A stretch of DNA of 63,561 nucleotides, the filler included, from Octopus bimaculoides (taxonomy: Eukaryota): assembly GCF_001194135.2 (NCBI RefSeq). It is 5 parts of 5 records of this genome, joined end to end, with 100 filler letters (N's around TTAATTAATTAA, not from the genome) between each part and the next. Parts side by side here need not be neighbours in the genome. Positions count along the whole stretch, not along the records: positions 1 to 7,780 come from NC_069007.1; positions 7,881 to 19,357 come from NC_068988.1; 3 more parts are not named here. One strand, given 5' to 3'. Of the stretch, positions 1 to 9,975 are shown in pieces; position 1 is the stretch's first letter, and every line of letters starts with the position of its first letter. A program made the position numbers and the translations under genes. Under the pieces are notes generated by a model that saw only the letters and a list, made by a program, of their open reading frames with translations, did not search any database and had not been told where the DNA came from.

Positions 1-39
1 GGCACATGGTGTCAGGTGATGTGATGGTCATCATTCTTG

Positions 40-62
40 TCACGTGTCTTCATTTTCTTCAG
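40..62 (-). CDS. BLOC1S1: Probable terminal coding exon of BLOC1S1 (adds ...TEENEDT*)
   Basis: Minus-strand acceptor ggtctctttgcacAG (AG at 64-63). Phase 1 matches the donor of exon 2278-2365 (A|CT = Thr), and the frame reads TEENEDT then TGA at 42-40. No homology support for this short tail. Confidence 0.5.
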
Positions 63-114
63 CTGTGCAAAGAGACCAATAATTAATATCAATAAACAAT
101 AATTAATGAATATA

Positions 115-427
115 CGAGGGTGAGTCAAAAAGAGAATCCATTTTGTTTAGGACAGGTATAATTACCAACACAGGAACATGTATCATACATCAAACTGAAG
201 CTGGTCCTCTGTGGATCAAATCCCTACTTCTTAACATAGTCACCGTTTCTCTCAATAGCAATGTTCCACCTTCGGATGAGAGCATGTATCCCTGCCCCGT
301 AAAATCCTGTTGACTGTTCTTTGAGCCATTTCTTCACTACAGTTTTCACTTCCTCATCACTGGAATAATGTTTGCCTCTCAAACCATCTTTCATGGGGCC
401 GAAGTGATGATAGTCAGAAGGCGCTAA
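115..427 (-). mobile_element. Mariner (DD34D-type) transposon 3' fragment with terminal inverted repeat
   Basis: Minus strand translates LAPSDYHHFGPMKDGLRGKHYSSDEEVKTVVKKWLKEQSTGFYGAGIHALIRRWNIAIERNGDYVKK*, the mariner C-terminus after the SPDLAPSDY motif. The end reads TA|cgagggtg at 113-122, a typical mariner TIR with a TA target. Confidence 0.9.
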
Positions 428-587
428 ATTATTCCAGTGACGAGGAAGTGAAAACAGTAGTGAAGAAGTGGCTCAAAGAACAGTCAATAGAATTTTACGG
501 GGCAGGGATACATGCTCTCATTCGAAGGTGAGACATTGCTATTGAGAGAAATGGTGACTATGTTGAGAAGTAGGGATGTGATCCACA
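428..587 (+). mobile_element. Second, inverted copy of the same mariner 3' segment
   Basis: Reverse complement of 210-369 with 11 mismatches in 160 bp by manual alignment. Translates YSSDEEVKTVVKKWLKEQSIEFYGAGIHALIRR*DIAIERNGDYVEK*. Confidence 0.9.
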
Positions 588-1006
588 CATACATGTATAT
601 ATAGTAATATAGAAAGAGAGACAAACAGACAGACAGAAGAGAGGAAGGGTGATAAGAAGGCATATCTTACAAAATGCCACATGTGGTGGGTGAAACATGG
701 AAGCTGACAGGAAATGTTACTGGTTAATGGATTAATTTAGAGTCAGGAAGGGAGTCTTGGGGAGTCTCCATCATGGCTGCATTCCCTATACAGGAGGAAA
801 GAGAGAGAGAGAAAGAGAGAGGAGTCATAAAGGAGTCGAATAGGAATAAAACAGAGAGAGAGAGAGAGAGAGTATGAGAAAGCATTTGTGTGGGAGGTTG
901 AAGGAGAGGAATGTGTGTGAGAGATTTAAAGGGGTGCATGTGTAAAAGAGTGAGAGGAAGGAGAAAGGATATTATGTGAGAGGGACAGGTGGAGGAAGAG
1001 TGTGTC

Positions 1007-1043
<37 letters not shown>

Positions 1044-1288
1044 AAGAGAGTGGGAGTGTATATGTGTGAGAGGTGGAGATGGAGACCAAGGTGGATATTG
1101 TATGTGTATGTGGTAGTATGTGTGTGCATAGGTATGTGCACAAGTGTGTTTGTATATATGTGTGAGAATGTGAATGTGTGTGTGTGTGTATGTGCACTTG
1201 TGTGAGTGTGTGTATGTGCACTTGTGTGAGTGTGTGTATGTGCACTTGTGTGAGTGTGTGTATGTGTGACTGATAGACTGAATAACAA

Positions 1289-1319
<31 letters not shown>

Positions 1320-1581
1320 GAAACAGCAAGAGGATGAGGAGTGAGTGTGTAAAATCAATTGGTTAATTAAATATATAAGGTCATTAATTAATGGCATTAA
1401 CACAAACATGATCAAAGGTGTTCCAATCATGACCACCTCATCAGCTGAGCACAGCATGCACATGCTACATTATCCAATGTGATGAGTAAAGTACAATTTG
1501 AAGGTAATCTGGCAGAGCTATTTCCAAAATGGTTTTCCTTAACATTTTTTAAGCTTATTCGTTAATAAAATTAACAGGTTA

Positions 1582-2003
1582 GGTGTAGGAATGACTGTGT
1601 GGTAAGTAGCTTGCTTACCAACCACATGGTCCCGGGTTCAGTCCCACTGCATGGCACCTTGGGCAAGTGTCTTCTACTATAGCCTCGGGCCGGACAAAGC
1701 CTTGTGAGTGGATTTGATAGACGGAAACTGAAAGAAGCTTGTCATATATATGTATATATATATATATATGTGTATGTGTGTGTTTATGTGTCTGTGTTTG
1801 TCCCCCCAACATCGCTTGACAACCGATGCTGGTGTGTTTACGTCCCCGTAACTTAGCAGGTCGGCAAAAGAGACTGATAGAATAAGTACTAGGCTTCAAA
1901 GAATAAGTCCTGGGGTCGATTTGCTCGACTAAAAGGCGGTGCTCCAGCATGGCCGCAGTCAAATGACTGAAACAAGTAAAAGAGTAAAAGAGTAGAGTAA
2001 AGA
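1582..2003 (+). mobile_element. tRNA-derived SINE, family A (CORE-like central motif, internal microsatellite)
   Basis: A-box-like gtgtggtaag, B-box-like ggttcagtccc, the motif gcaccttgggcaagtg (resembling the CORE-SINE motif accttgggcaagt), an internal (TA)n(TG)n tract and a tail ...gaaacaagtaaaagagtaaaag. More than 12 related copies in the window. Confidence 0.85.
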
Positions 2004-2183
2004 GTTAAGTTGGTACTTGGAACTCGATATTAAAGGCTTTTACATAAACAAAAAAAAAAAAAATCTATGACGAGAAGGTTATAATTTAGACATAAATTAC
2101 TTGGAAAAAAGGATGTTTTGTAAGATAGAACAAGAGATGATCTTAGACAGATTGGTATGAAGAGAATCAAAATGATGACGATA

Positions 2184-2227
<44 letters not shown>

Positions 2228-2277
2228 GGGGACATCCAGTTAATGAAGGACTATGATAATACTGAAGCACCACCTAC

Positions 2278-2365
2278 TTTTACGGTAAGCATATTCTAAA
2301 GCACTGGATATTGTCCGCATGTCGGCCTCAATGTTACGAGCCCAATTCTCGACATCACCAATTTC
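2278..2365 (-). CDS. BLOC1S1: BLOC1S1 internal exon (EIGDVENWARNIEADMRTISSALEYAYRK)
   Basis: Close match to the BLOS1 C-terminal motif EIGDVENWARSIELDMRTIATALEY. Acceptor ttgtttctattccAG (2367-2366) and donor GTaggt (2277-2276); 88 nt, phase 0 to 1. Confidence 0.93.
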
Positions 2366-2445
2366 CTGGAATAGAAACAAAGAATGAAACGAGATTAGAG
2401 AGTTTTCATTTAGGTAATAACGACGGTGATGATGAGAGTGACGAG

Positions 2446-2852
2446 GAGCGTGTGTGTGTGAGTGTGTGTGTGTGTGAGTGTGAGTGAGTGTGAGTGTGTG
2501 TGAGTGTGAGTGTGTGTGTGAGTGAGTGTGAGTGTGTGAGTGTGTGTGAGTGTGAGTGTGAGTGTGTGTGAGTGTGTGTGAGTGTGTGTGAGTGTGTGTG
2601 TGTGTGAGTGTGTGTGAGTGTGANNNNNNNNNNNNNNNNNNGTGTGTGTGAGTGTGTGTGAGTGTGTGTGTGTGTGAGTGTGTGTGAGTGTGTGTGTGTG
2701 TGAGTGTGTGTGAGTGTGAGTGTGTGTGAGTGTTGTTTGTGTGTGAGTGTGAGTGTGTGTGTGTGAGTGTGTATGTGAGTGTGAGTGTTTGAGTGAGTGA
2801 GTGTGTGTGAGTGAGTGTGAGTGAGTGTGTGAGTGTGTGTGTGTGTGTGTGT
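2446..2852. repeat. Compound (GT)n/(GAGT)n microsatellite
   Basis: Directly visible. It generates the spurious His/Thr ORFs at 2240-2909. Confidence 0.95.
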
Positions 2853-3104
2853 CTTTGTGTGGAAGCCCAAGGATCCTTCAAACGGGCAGGGATTTAGAAA
2901 TGTCCCCATTACCTCCCATAATTCTATTAACTGGAATTTGTTTTATGAAACTTGGATTTCTAGCATAAAACAGCCTTAGAAACACACTGGAATGATCAAA
3001 ATAACATTTCAAATAGAAATAAGCGAGATATTGGGTGAAAAATTAGCAAACCTCATTTAGATATCAGAGAAATATACCTAGTAGATATAGCAAAAAAGTT
3101 AGAT

Positions 3105-3990
3105 CATCATCATCATCATCGTTTAACGTCTGCTTTCCATGCTAGCATGGGTTGGACGATTTGACTGAGGACTGGGGCAACCGGATGGCTACACCAGGCT
3201 CCAATCTAATTTGGCAGAGTTTCTACAGCTGGATGTCCTTCCTAACGCCAACCACTCAGAGAGTGTAGTGGGTGCTTTTACGTGTCACCCGCACGAAAAC
3301 GGCCACGCTCGAAATGGTGCCACGCTCGAAATGGTGCCACCCGCACAAGAGCCAGTCCAGGGGCACTGGCAACGATCTTGCTCGAAAACCCTACAAGGCC
3401 AGTCAGGCAGTACTNNNNNNNNNNNNNNNNNNNNNNNNNNNNNNNNNNNNNNNNNNNNNNNNNNNNNNNNNNNNNNNNNNNNNNNNNNNNNNNNNNNNNN
3501 NNNNNNNNNNNNNNNNNNNNNNNNNNNNNNNNNNNNNNNNNNNNNNNNNNNNNNNNNNNNNNNNNNNNNNNNNNNNNNNNNNNNNNNNNNNNNNNNNNNN
3601 NNNNNNNNNNNNNNNNNNNNNNNNNNNNNNNNNNNNNNNNNNNNNNNNNNNNNNNNNNNNNNNNNNNNNNNNNNNNNNNNNNNNNNNNNNNNNNNNNNNN
3701 NNNNNNNNNNNNNNNNNNNNNNNNNNNNNNNNNNNNNNNNNNNNNNNNNNNNNNNNNNNNNNNNNNNNNNNNNNNNNNNNNNNNTCATTCTCACCACATG
3801 TCCAAACCAGCGCAATCGTCTCTCTTGCACATCACTACTGATACTTCTTATGTTCAGCTTTTCTCTCAAGATACTTACACTCTGACGGGTATGCACATTT
3901 ACATTACACATCCAGCGGAGCATACTGGCTTCATTCCTTGCGAGCTTACGCATGTCCTCAGCAGTCACAGCCCATGTTTCACTGCCATGT
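3105..3990 (-). mobile_element. RTE-clade LINE, 5'-truncated, with 3' UTR and (GAT)n tail
   Basis: Minus ORF ...SETWAVTAEDMRKLARNEASMLRWMCNV...ERRLRWFGHVVRM (post-RT region of RTE LINEs). The 3' UTR ends ggaaagcagacgttaaacgatgatgatg and closely matches the copy at 27430-28278. Confidence 0.88.
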
Positions 3991-4349
3991 GTAAATATTG
4001 ACAGATAATTAGGAAATTTGTAATTTTTTAAGTGATCTCGTATGAGATCACTGGTAGGTAATGGGTTAACGTGGCCTTTGATGAGAAGGAAGGTTTCTCT
4101 CTCTGAGTGAAAGGAAGATTGTAAGATGCATGCATAGAGACAGCAATTCTACATGGTAGTGAGATGTGGGCCTAGGAAGGATGAAAAGTAAAGTTAACCT
4201 CAGCAACCACTTGAACTCAGAGTGTCAAGAAGAGAAACGAATACCATGAGGCACTTTACCAATTCTCCATTTCTGAATATTTTTTTTGCAGGGAAGAGAC
4301 TCTCCCCCGCAACCCCTTCAAAAGAGATTCTTAGCTTGGAAATGGTTAC

Positions 4350-4482
4350 CTTCAATGCTGTGTTGAAGTCTTCCACTAACTTTAGCCACTGCATGGTCAT
4401 CTTGGCGAAATGGGCAGCGTTGGCCTGGAGGATCTTTGTCTCTGTGTCGAGTTTCTTCTGGTTCACATAGGACTGGGCGACC
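4350..4482 (-). CDS. BLOC1S1: BLOC1S1 internal exon (VAQSYVNQKKLDTETKILQANAAHFAKMTMQWLKLVEDFNTALK)
   Basis: Matches BLOS1 VAQAYMNQRKLDHEVKTLQVQAAQFAKQTGQWIGMVENFNQALK. Acceptor AG at 4484-4483 and donor GTaacc at 4349-4348; 133 nt, phase 2 to 0, joining in frame to exon 2278-2365. Confidence 0.93.
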
Positions 4483-4589
4483 CTTTACATTTAAATGGAA
4501 AAATAAAAAAAAGATCACATTGTAGTCAGAAACAAATACATTCTTTACATTTTATTATTATTATTATTATTGTTGTTACTCTCACTGGA

Positions 4590-4836
4590 AAAAATGCTTA
4601 GTGGCATTTTGTCTGTCCTTACATTCTGAGTTCAAATTTCACCAAAGTCTACTTTGCTTTCCATTTTCACCCTTTCGGGGATTAAGTCGATTATATCGAC
4701 CCCAGTGCGTAACTGGTACTTAATTTATTGACCCCGAAAGGATGAAAGGCAAAGTCGACCTCGGCGGAATTTGAACTCAGAACGTAACGGCAGACGAAAT
4801 ACCGCTAAGCATTTCGCCCGGCGTGCTAACGATTCT
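4590..4836. mobile_element. Two fragments of tRNA-derived SINE family B in opposite orientations
   Basis: Plus fragment aaaatgcttagtggcattt...ctgagttcaaatt; minus fragment gttagcacgccgggcgaaatgcttagcggtatttcgtctgccgttacgttctgagttcaaattccgccgaggtcgac. Confidence 0.8.
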
Positions 4837-5726
4837 TTCAGTTTCTGCCCACAAAATCTACTCACAAGGTGGCTTTCAAGGAATTATTGCCGTTTCGATG
4901 ACGTCAGTCTGGCGAGAAGACCCTAAAACAGTTTAGATTTAAAACAAATAAATAAAGAAATGAAAATAAAATGGTTNNNNNNNNNNNNNNNNNNNNNNNN
5001 NNNNNNNNNNNNNNNNNNNNNNNNNNNNNNNNNNNNNNNNNNNNNNNNNNNNNNNNNNNNNNNNNNNNNNNNNNNNNNNNNNNNNNNNNNNNNNNNNNNN
5101 NNNNNNNNNNNNNNNNNNNNNNNNNNNNNNNNNNNNNNNNNNNNNNNNNNNNNNNNNNNNNNNNNNNNNNNNNNNNNNNNNNNNNNNNNNNNNNNNNNNN
5201 NNNNNNNNNNNNNNNNNNNNNNNNNNNNNNNNNNNNNNNNNNNNNNNNNNNNNNNNNNNNNNNNNNNNNNNNNNNNNNNNNNNNNNNNNNNNNNNNNNNN
5301 NNNNNNNNNNNNNNNNNNNNNNNNNNNNNNNNNNNNNNNNNNNNNNNNNNNNNNNNNNNNNNNNNNNNNNNNNNNNNNNNNNNNNNNNNNNNNNNNNNNN
5401 NNNNNNNNNNNNNNNNNNNNNNNNNNNNNNNNNNNNNNNNNNNNNNNNNNNNNNNNNNNNNNNNNNNNNNNNNNNNNNNNNNNNNNNNNNNNNNNNNNNN
5501 NNNNNNNNNNNNNNNNNNNNNNNNNNNNNNNNNNNNNNNNNNNNNNNNNNNNNNNNNNNNNNNNNNNNNNNNNNNNNNNNNNNNNNNNNNNNNNNNNNNN
5601 NNNNNNNNNNNNNNNNNNNNNNNNNNNNATATATATGGGAGAATATACAAATAATAACAACAGACGAGGACAGGTGGTGTAAATAACAAAAGGATATATT
5701 AGTATGACGCTCGGGAATACGGAAAG

Positions 5727-5763
5727 TCTTTGACGTTTCGAGCTACGCTCTTCAACAGAAAGA
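5727..5763 (-). ncRNA. Minimal type-I hammerhead ribozyme motif (Penelope-like), one core substitution
   Basis: Minus strand: TCTTT CTGTTGA A GAGC GTA GCTC GAAA C GTC AAAGA = stem I (TCTTT/AAAGA), core CUGuUGA (A6 to U), extra A, stem II GAGC/GCTC, GAAA, minimal palindromic stem III (ACGU) and a GUC cleavage triplet. Confidence 0.6.
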
Positions 5764-5814
5764 ATACGGAAACACGGAGAAAAAAAATTGAATAGTGATC
5801 AGTCAACGGTCAAC

Positions 5815-6460
5815 CTGAAAGATGTAAAGACTTGAGAGAAATGAAGCCAGTATGCTTCAATGGATGGGTTATGTCAGTGTGCATATATGACAGAGTGTAA
5901 GTGATTTGAGAGAAAATCTGGGTATACGTAGCATCAGTTGTAATGTGCAAGAGAGAAAGCCGTACTGGTATGGCCAGGTAATGCGTATGAATGAGGACAT
6001 TTGCATCAAGAGGTGCTGATCTCTAATTCTAGAGGGAACATGTGGAAGGGGTAAATCCAGGAAGACATGGAAAAGATCTACAGATGTTGGGACTCACAGA
6101 GGGGATAACAGGGGACTGAAACACTTGGTGGTTTGCTGTGCTTGGAAGGACACGTCAGGCTAAGGAAAAGCTTGGTTGCTCTTGGCATACAGGCTCGTCC
6201 CTTGCAACCCTCTCCAGCTGAGCGTCCCTAATCTTGCAGGATCATAAGTCCTGGTGCTAAATAAAAAGTACCCGTACCAGTGCTGCTTAAAAGCACCCAG
6301 TATACTCAGTAAAGTGGTTGGTGTTAGGAAGGGTATCCAGCTGTAGAAAGCATATTAAAAGAAACATGGAGCCTGAACAGCCCTTCAGCCGGTCAGCTCC
6401 TGTCAAAACTACCCAACCCATGCCAGCATGGAAAATGGATGTTAAATGATAACAACGACA
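5815..6460 (+). mobile_element. Degenerate RTE LINE 3' fragment with tail
   Basis: agaaatgaagccagtatgcttcaatggatg...gtgcaagagagaaagccgtactggtatggc is homologous to the RTE copies at 3105 and 27430; ends atggaaaatggatgttaaatgat. Confidence 0.75.
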
Positions 6461-6589
6461 ACGATGATGTATATATTTATACACACATGACTGAGTGAAG
6501 AACAACATTTAAGTGATGACGATAGATTAGAAATAGCAATTGATTTATATTATTTTTTGAGTATTAATAATATTGTTATTATTATTACC

Positions 6590-6960
6590 AAGGCAATGAA
6601 GGTGATGAGGTGGCAGAAGTGTTAGCACGGCAGGAAAAATGCTTAGAGGCATTTTGTCCATCTTTACATTCTGAGTTCAAATCCTGCTGAGGTCAACTTT
6701 GCTTTTTATCCTTTTGGGGGTCATTAAATTAAGTACCAGGCGAGTACTGGGGTTGGTGTTATCGACTTAACCCCTCTACCAAACTTTCAGGCCTTGTGCT
6801 TATAGTAATGGTGAGCTGGCAGAACTACTAGCATGCCAAGTAAAACACTTAGAGGTATTTTTACCTGTCTCTAACGTTCTGCTTTCAAATTCCAACTAAG
6901 ATTGACTTAGCCTTTCATCCTTTCAGGGTCGATAAAATAAATACCAGTTAAACATTGGGT
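6590..6960 (+). mobile_element. Tandem SINE family B copies
   Basis: Two head-to-tail copies, each with ...ggcagaa...ttagcac...aaatgcttag...ttcaaat...cctttcatcc. Confidence 0.8.
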
Positions 6961-7157
6961 GTTGCTGTTTCATGTAGGAATCTAGGCTGGTGGGGTCACA
7001 ATTACCACTGTGACAATAAAGATGAACAATGGTCTAACCTTTGGAACCATTTATTTTCTACTCATCTGTTATGATGTGTACGTGTGCCACGTGTACACAT
7101 ATGTGTATGACAAGAGTACGTATGAGTAGAAACTAAATGGTTCCAAAGTTTAAACCA

Positions 7158-7385
7158 TTCATCATCATCGTTTAACGTCCGCTTTCCATGCTAGCATGGG
7201 TTGGACGATTTGACTGAGGACTGGTGAACCAGATGGCTACACCAGGCTCCAATCTGATTTGGCAGAGTTTCTACAGCTGGATGCCCTTCCTAATGCCAAC
7301 CACTCCAAGAGTGTAGTGGGTGCTTTTATGTGCCACCCGCATGAAGGCCAGTCAGGCGGTACTGGCAACGGCCACGCTCAAAATA
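7158..7385 (-). mobile_element. RTE 3'-UTR fragment with (GAT)n tail
   Basis: catcatcatcgtttaacgtccgctttccatgctagcatgggttggacg... nearly identical to 3105-3300. Confidence 0.85.
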
Positions 7386-7570
7386 GTGTATTTCTACACG
7401 AAGCAGCAACAGTAGAAAAACACTGTCAACTCACCACCAAACTCATATACTATGAATATAATATAAATATACCAGGAATATAATATAACATATTATATTC
7501 ATACTATATAATGTTATATTATAATATAAATGAATAATTGGATTGTCAATTGAATCTATTTAATTTATTG

Positions 7571-7736
7571 GGCGTGTGGTAAATAGCTTGCTTACCAACT
7601 ACATGATTTCGGGTTCAGTCTCACTGCGTGGCACCTTGGGCAACTGTCCTCTACTATAGCACTGGGCCTACCAAAACCTTGTGAGTGGATTTGGTAGACG
7701 GAAACAGAAAGAAGCACGTCGTATATATGTATATAT

Positions 7737-7780
<44 letters not shown>
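7571..7780 (+). mobile_element. SINE family A, 5' half running into (TA)n and a gap
   Basis: gcgtgtggtaaatagcttgcttaccaac...ggcaccttgggcaa...gagtggatttggtagacggaaac. Confidence 0.85.
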
Positions 7781-7894
7781 NNNNNNNNNNNNNNNNNNNN
7801 NNNNNNNNNNNNNNNNNNNNNNNNTTAATTAATTAANNNNNNNNNNNNNNNNNNNNNNNNNNNNNNNNNNNNNNNNNNNNCACTCACACACACA

Positions 7895-9526
7895 CTAGCA
7901 GAGATACTCGGCGCTGCCCGTTTTACATGCAATTGAAAAATTAGACTTTTCTGTTATATTTTCTCTAATGAACTGGAATATCTATGATTCGAATTTCATC
8001 AAAATTGCAGATGAAGGTTCTTTCCATCTTTACACACCCTAAGAAATTATTATCATGACGCATGTATCCCATACTACTGATCTTTATGCGCAGATTCCCA
8101 AATTCCAGTCTTATGGAACCTGTTAAAAAGGATTTTCCTCTTGAAAAATGGAGGTCGTTGAGCTCTGAAATGTAGGAGTTAAGGCCCCTATTGGGGGTGG
8201 ATGTCTTAATGCCAGAGTTGAATTGTTGAGAACGTTTTTAACTTGGGTCTTATATCCATTGTTTGAATTTCTTTTAAATTGGAAATATATGTATGTTCAC
8301 TGGGTTTGTAAAGGAGAGAAAAAAACGAAGGATCACAATAAGTAGTCAACTGGTCTACCCTAGTCGTTACCATTCCTAATGTAGGATTCTTCATACGGGT
8401 GGCAGACACAACCGTAAGATGCATTACAGATCTATAGCAATTGGTAGGGCGTAACCCAACTCAAATAAACATTAACAACTGTGTGAAGTGAGGGCTAATG
8501 AGAAATGAAAGTGTCACCTCTGGAGTTTGCAAATGACCACTATACTGATAGGTAACTGGACAGAATAAATTTACAATTTATTAATGTCTTTGAATAACCA
8601 GTTACTCATCTGGGAAGGCCTTAAAATCAATGCTATCATCGGGGGACTATGTGTGACCCAGTGATAATAAAAAGACTGGAAGAAGGTCTACAACCAAATA
8701 ACATTACTCAATACTTAGCAACTGAATCAGTGGAGGCAAATCTGCCTCTCATTTGCTTGACAATTTATGCACCACATTATAGAAATCACAATCTAAGTAT
8801 ACCTCAAAGTAAACTCTTACACTGTTGTACCATTGAATTACAAATAATTCTCTTCTTTTATGCTCGGGTGAACCTACAGCTTCCAAGAGTACAACTGTAT
8901 TCGTCTTTGCTTAGATAAAATAACTAAATTGTGGGTGTTTAGTCCCCAAGAAGGGGTTTTCTACCTTCTAAGATGAAAGTTTAGAAATATTACTTCATTT
9001 GCGTCTAATATTTATGGTTAAAATTTCATGAACAGCTAAAATATCTGAATTTTCATGGGGATTATAGCCCTTATGCATAGAATATAATTTCCAAATTTCC
9101 TAAAGATCCACTCAGTTGTTTTGACCTAGTTTTGGATCATTAAAAAATCCCTAAAATTTGGGAATTAAGGCCTCCATTAGGGGGTCTTAGAATAGTTTAT
9201 GATGTGTGTCAATTATATATGGTTGAAATTTCATCAACATCGAAAATTTATGAATTTTCATGGGGATTCTGCCCCCTTCAAGCCATCTCAAATTCAAATC
9301 AAACATATTGCATTATACACGGCCTTATGTATTGAATCTAAGTACTAAATATCATAAGGATCCATTCAGGAATTGTGGTCCATAAAATTGTATGAAACAC
9401 ACAGTATTACCCTTCTCCCAAGGCTTGGATTTTGTGTTCCATATTTCATTAGGATCGGTACAGTAGTTTTCAAATGTATAAGTAACACATAAACACACGT
9501 AAAGACATTCACTTTTATATAATAGA
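7895..9526 (-). mobile_element. Non-autonomous Helitron
   Basis: Minus strand begins A|TCTATTATATAAAA (5' TC at 9526-9525) and ends with a GC hairpin (CGGgcagcgCCG) followed by ...CTAG|T (7898-7895), i.e. inserted in an AT dinucleotide without a TSD. Contains internal degenerate repeats (aaatttcat...gaattttcatgggg). Confidence 0.75.
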
Positions 9527-9664
9527 TATGAATATGCACATATGCATACATGTATATATGTGTGTGTGCATTATATATATATATATATATGCAGACAATG
9601 ATAGATTGATAGGTACAACTGAGTGGGCAAACAAAAAAACGAGACACTGCCTAGTACTATTTTT

Positions 9665-9975
9665 TTTATTTTGAAAGGTCTGGTACTTATTATATCAGTT
9701 TCTTCTTGTCAAACCAGTAAGTTATGGGGATGTAAATAAACAAACAGTAGTTGTGTAGCAGTGATGAGGGAGAAACACAGAGACAAAGATACACACATAC
9801 ACTTACATATATATATATATATATACGCCTTATTTCTTTCAGTTTCTGTCTACGAAATACACTCACAAGACACATAGCAGAAGACACATGCTAAGTCATC
9901 ACACAGTGGGACTGAACCGAGGACCATGTGCTTTGGAACTAAGTTTCTTACTACACAGGCACGCCTGCACCTATG
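9665..9975 (-). mobile_element. SINE family A (degenerate)
   Basis: Reverse complement of the family A head, core and internal microsatellite (cagtgggactgaacc, ttctttcagtttctgtctac). Confidence 0.75.

Noticed and set aside
724-2909. His/Thr-rich and Ser/Leu-rich ORFs (e.g. 724-1329, 2240-2881)
   Set aside because: Translations of (GA)n, (GT)n and (GAGT)n microsatellites. Only the 2278-2365 part is a real exon.
7825-7836. TTAATTAATTAA embedded in N runs (also 19402-19413, 50919-50930, 58555-58566)
   Set aside because: Always centred in a 44N+12+44N block of 100 bp; it is a palindromic six-frame-stop spacer added during assembly, not biology.
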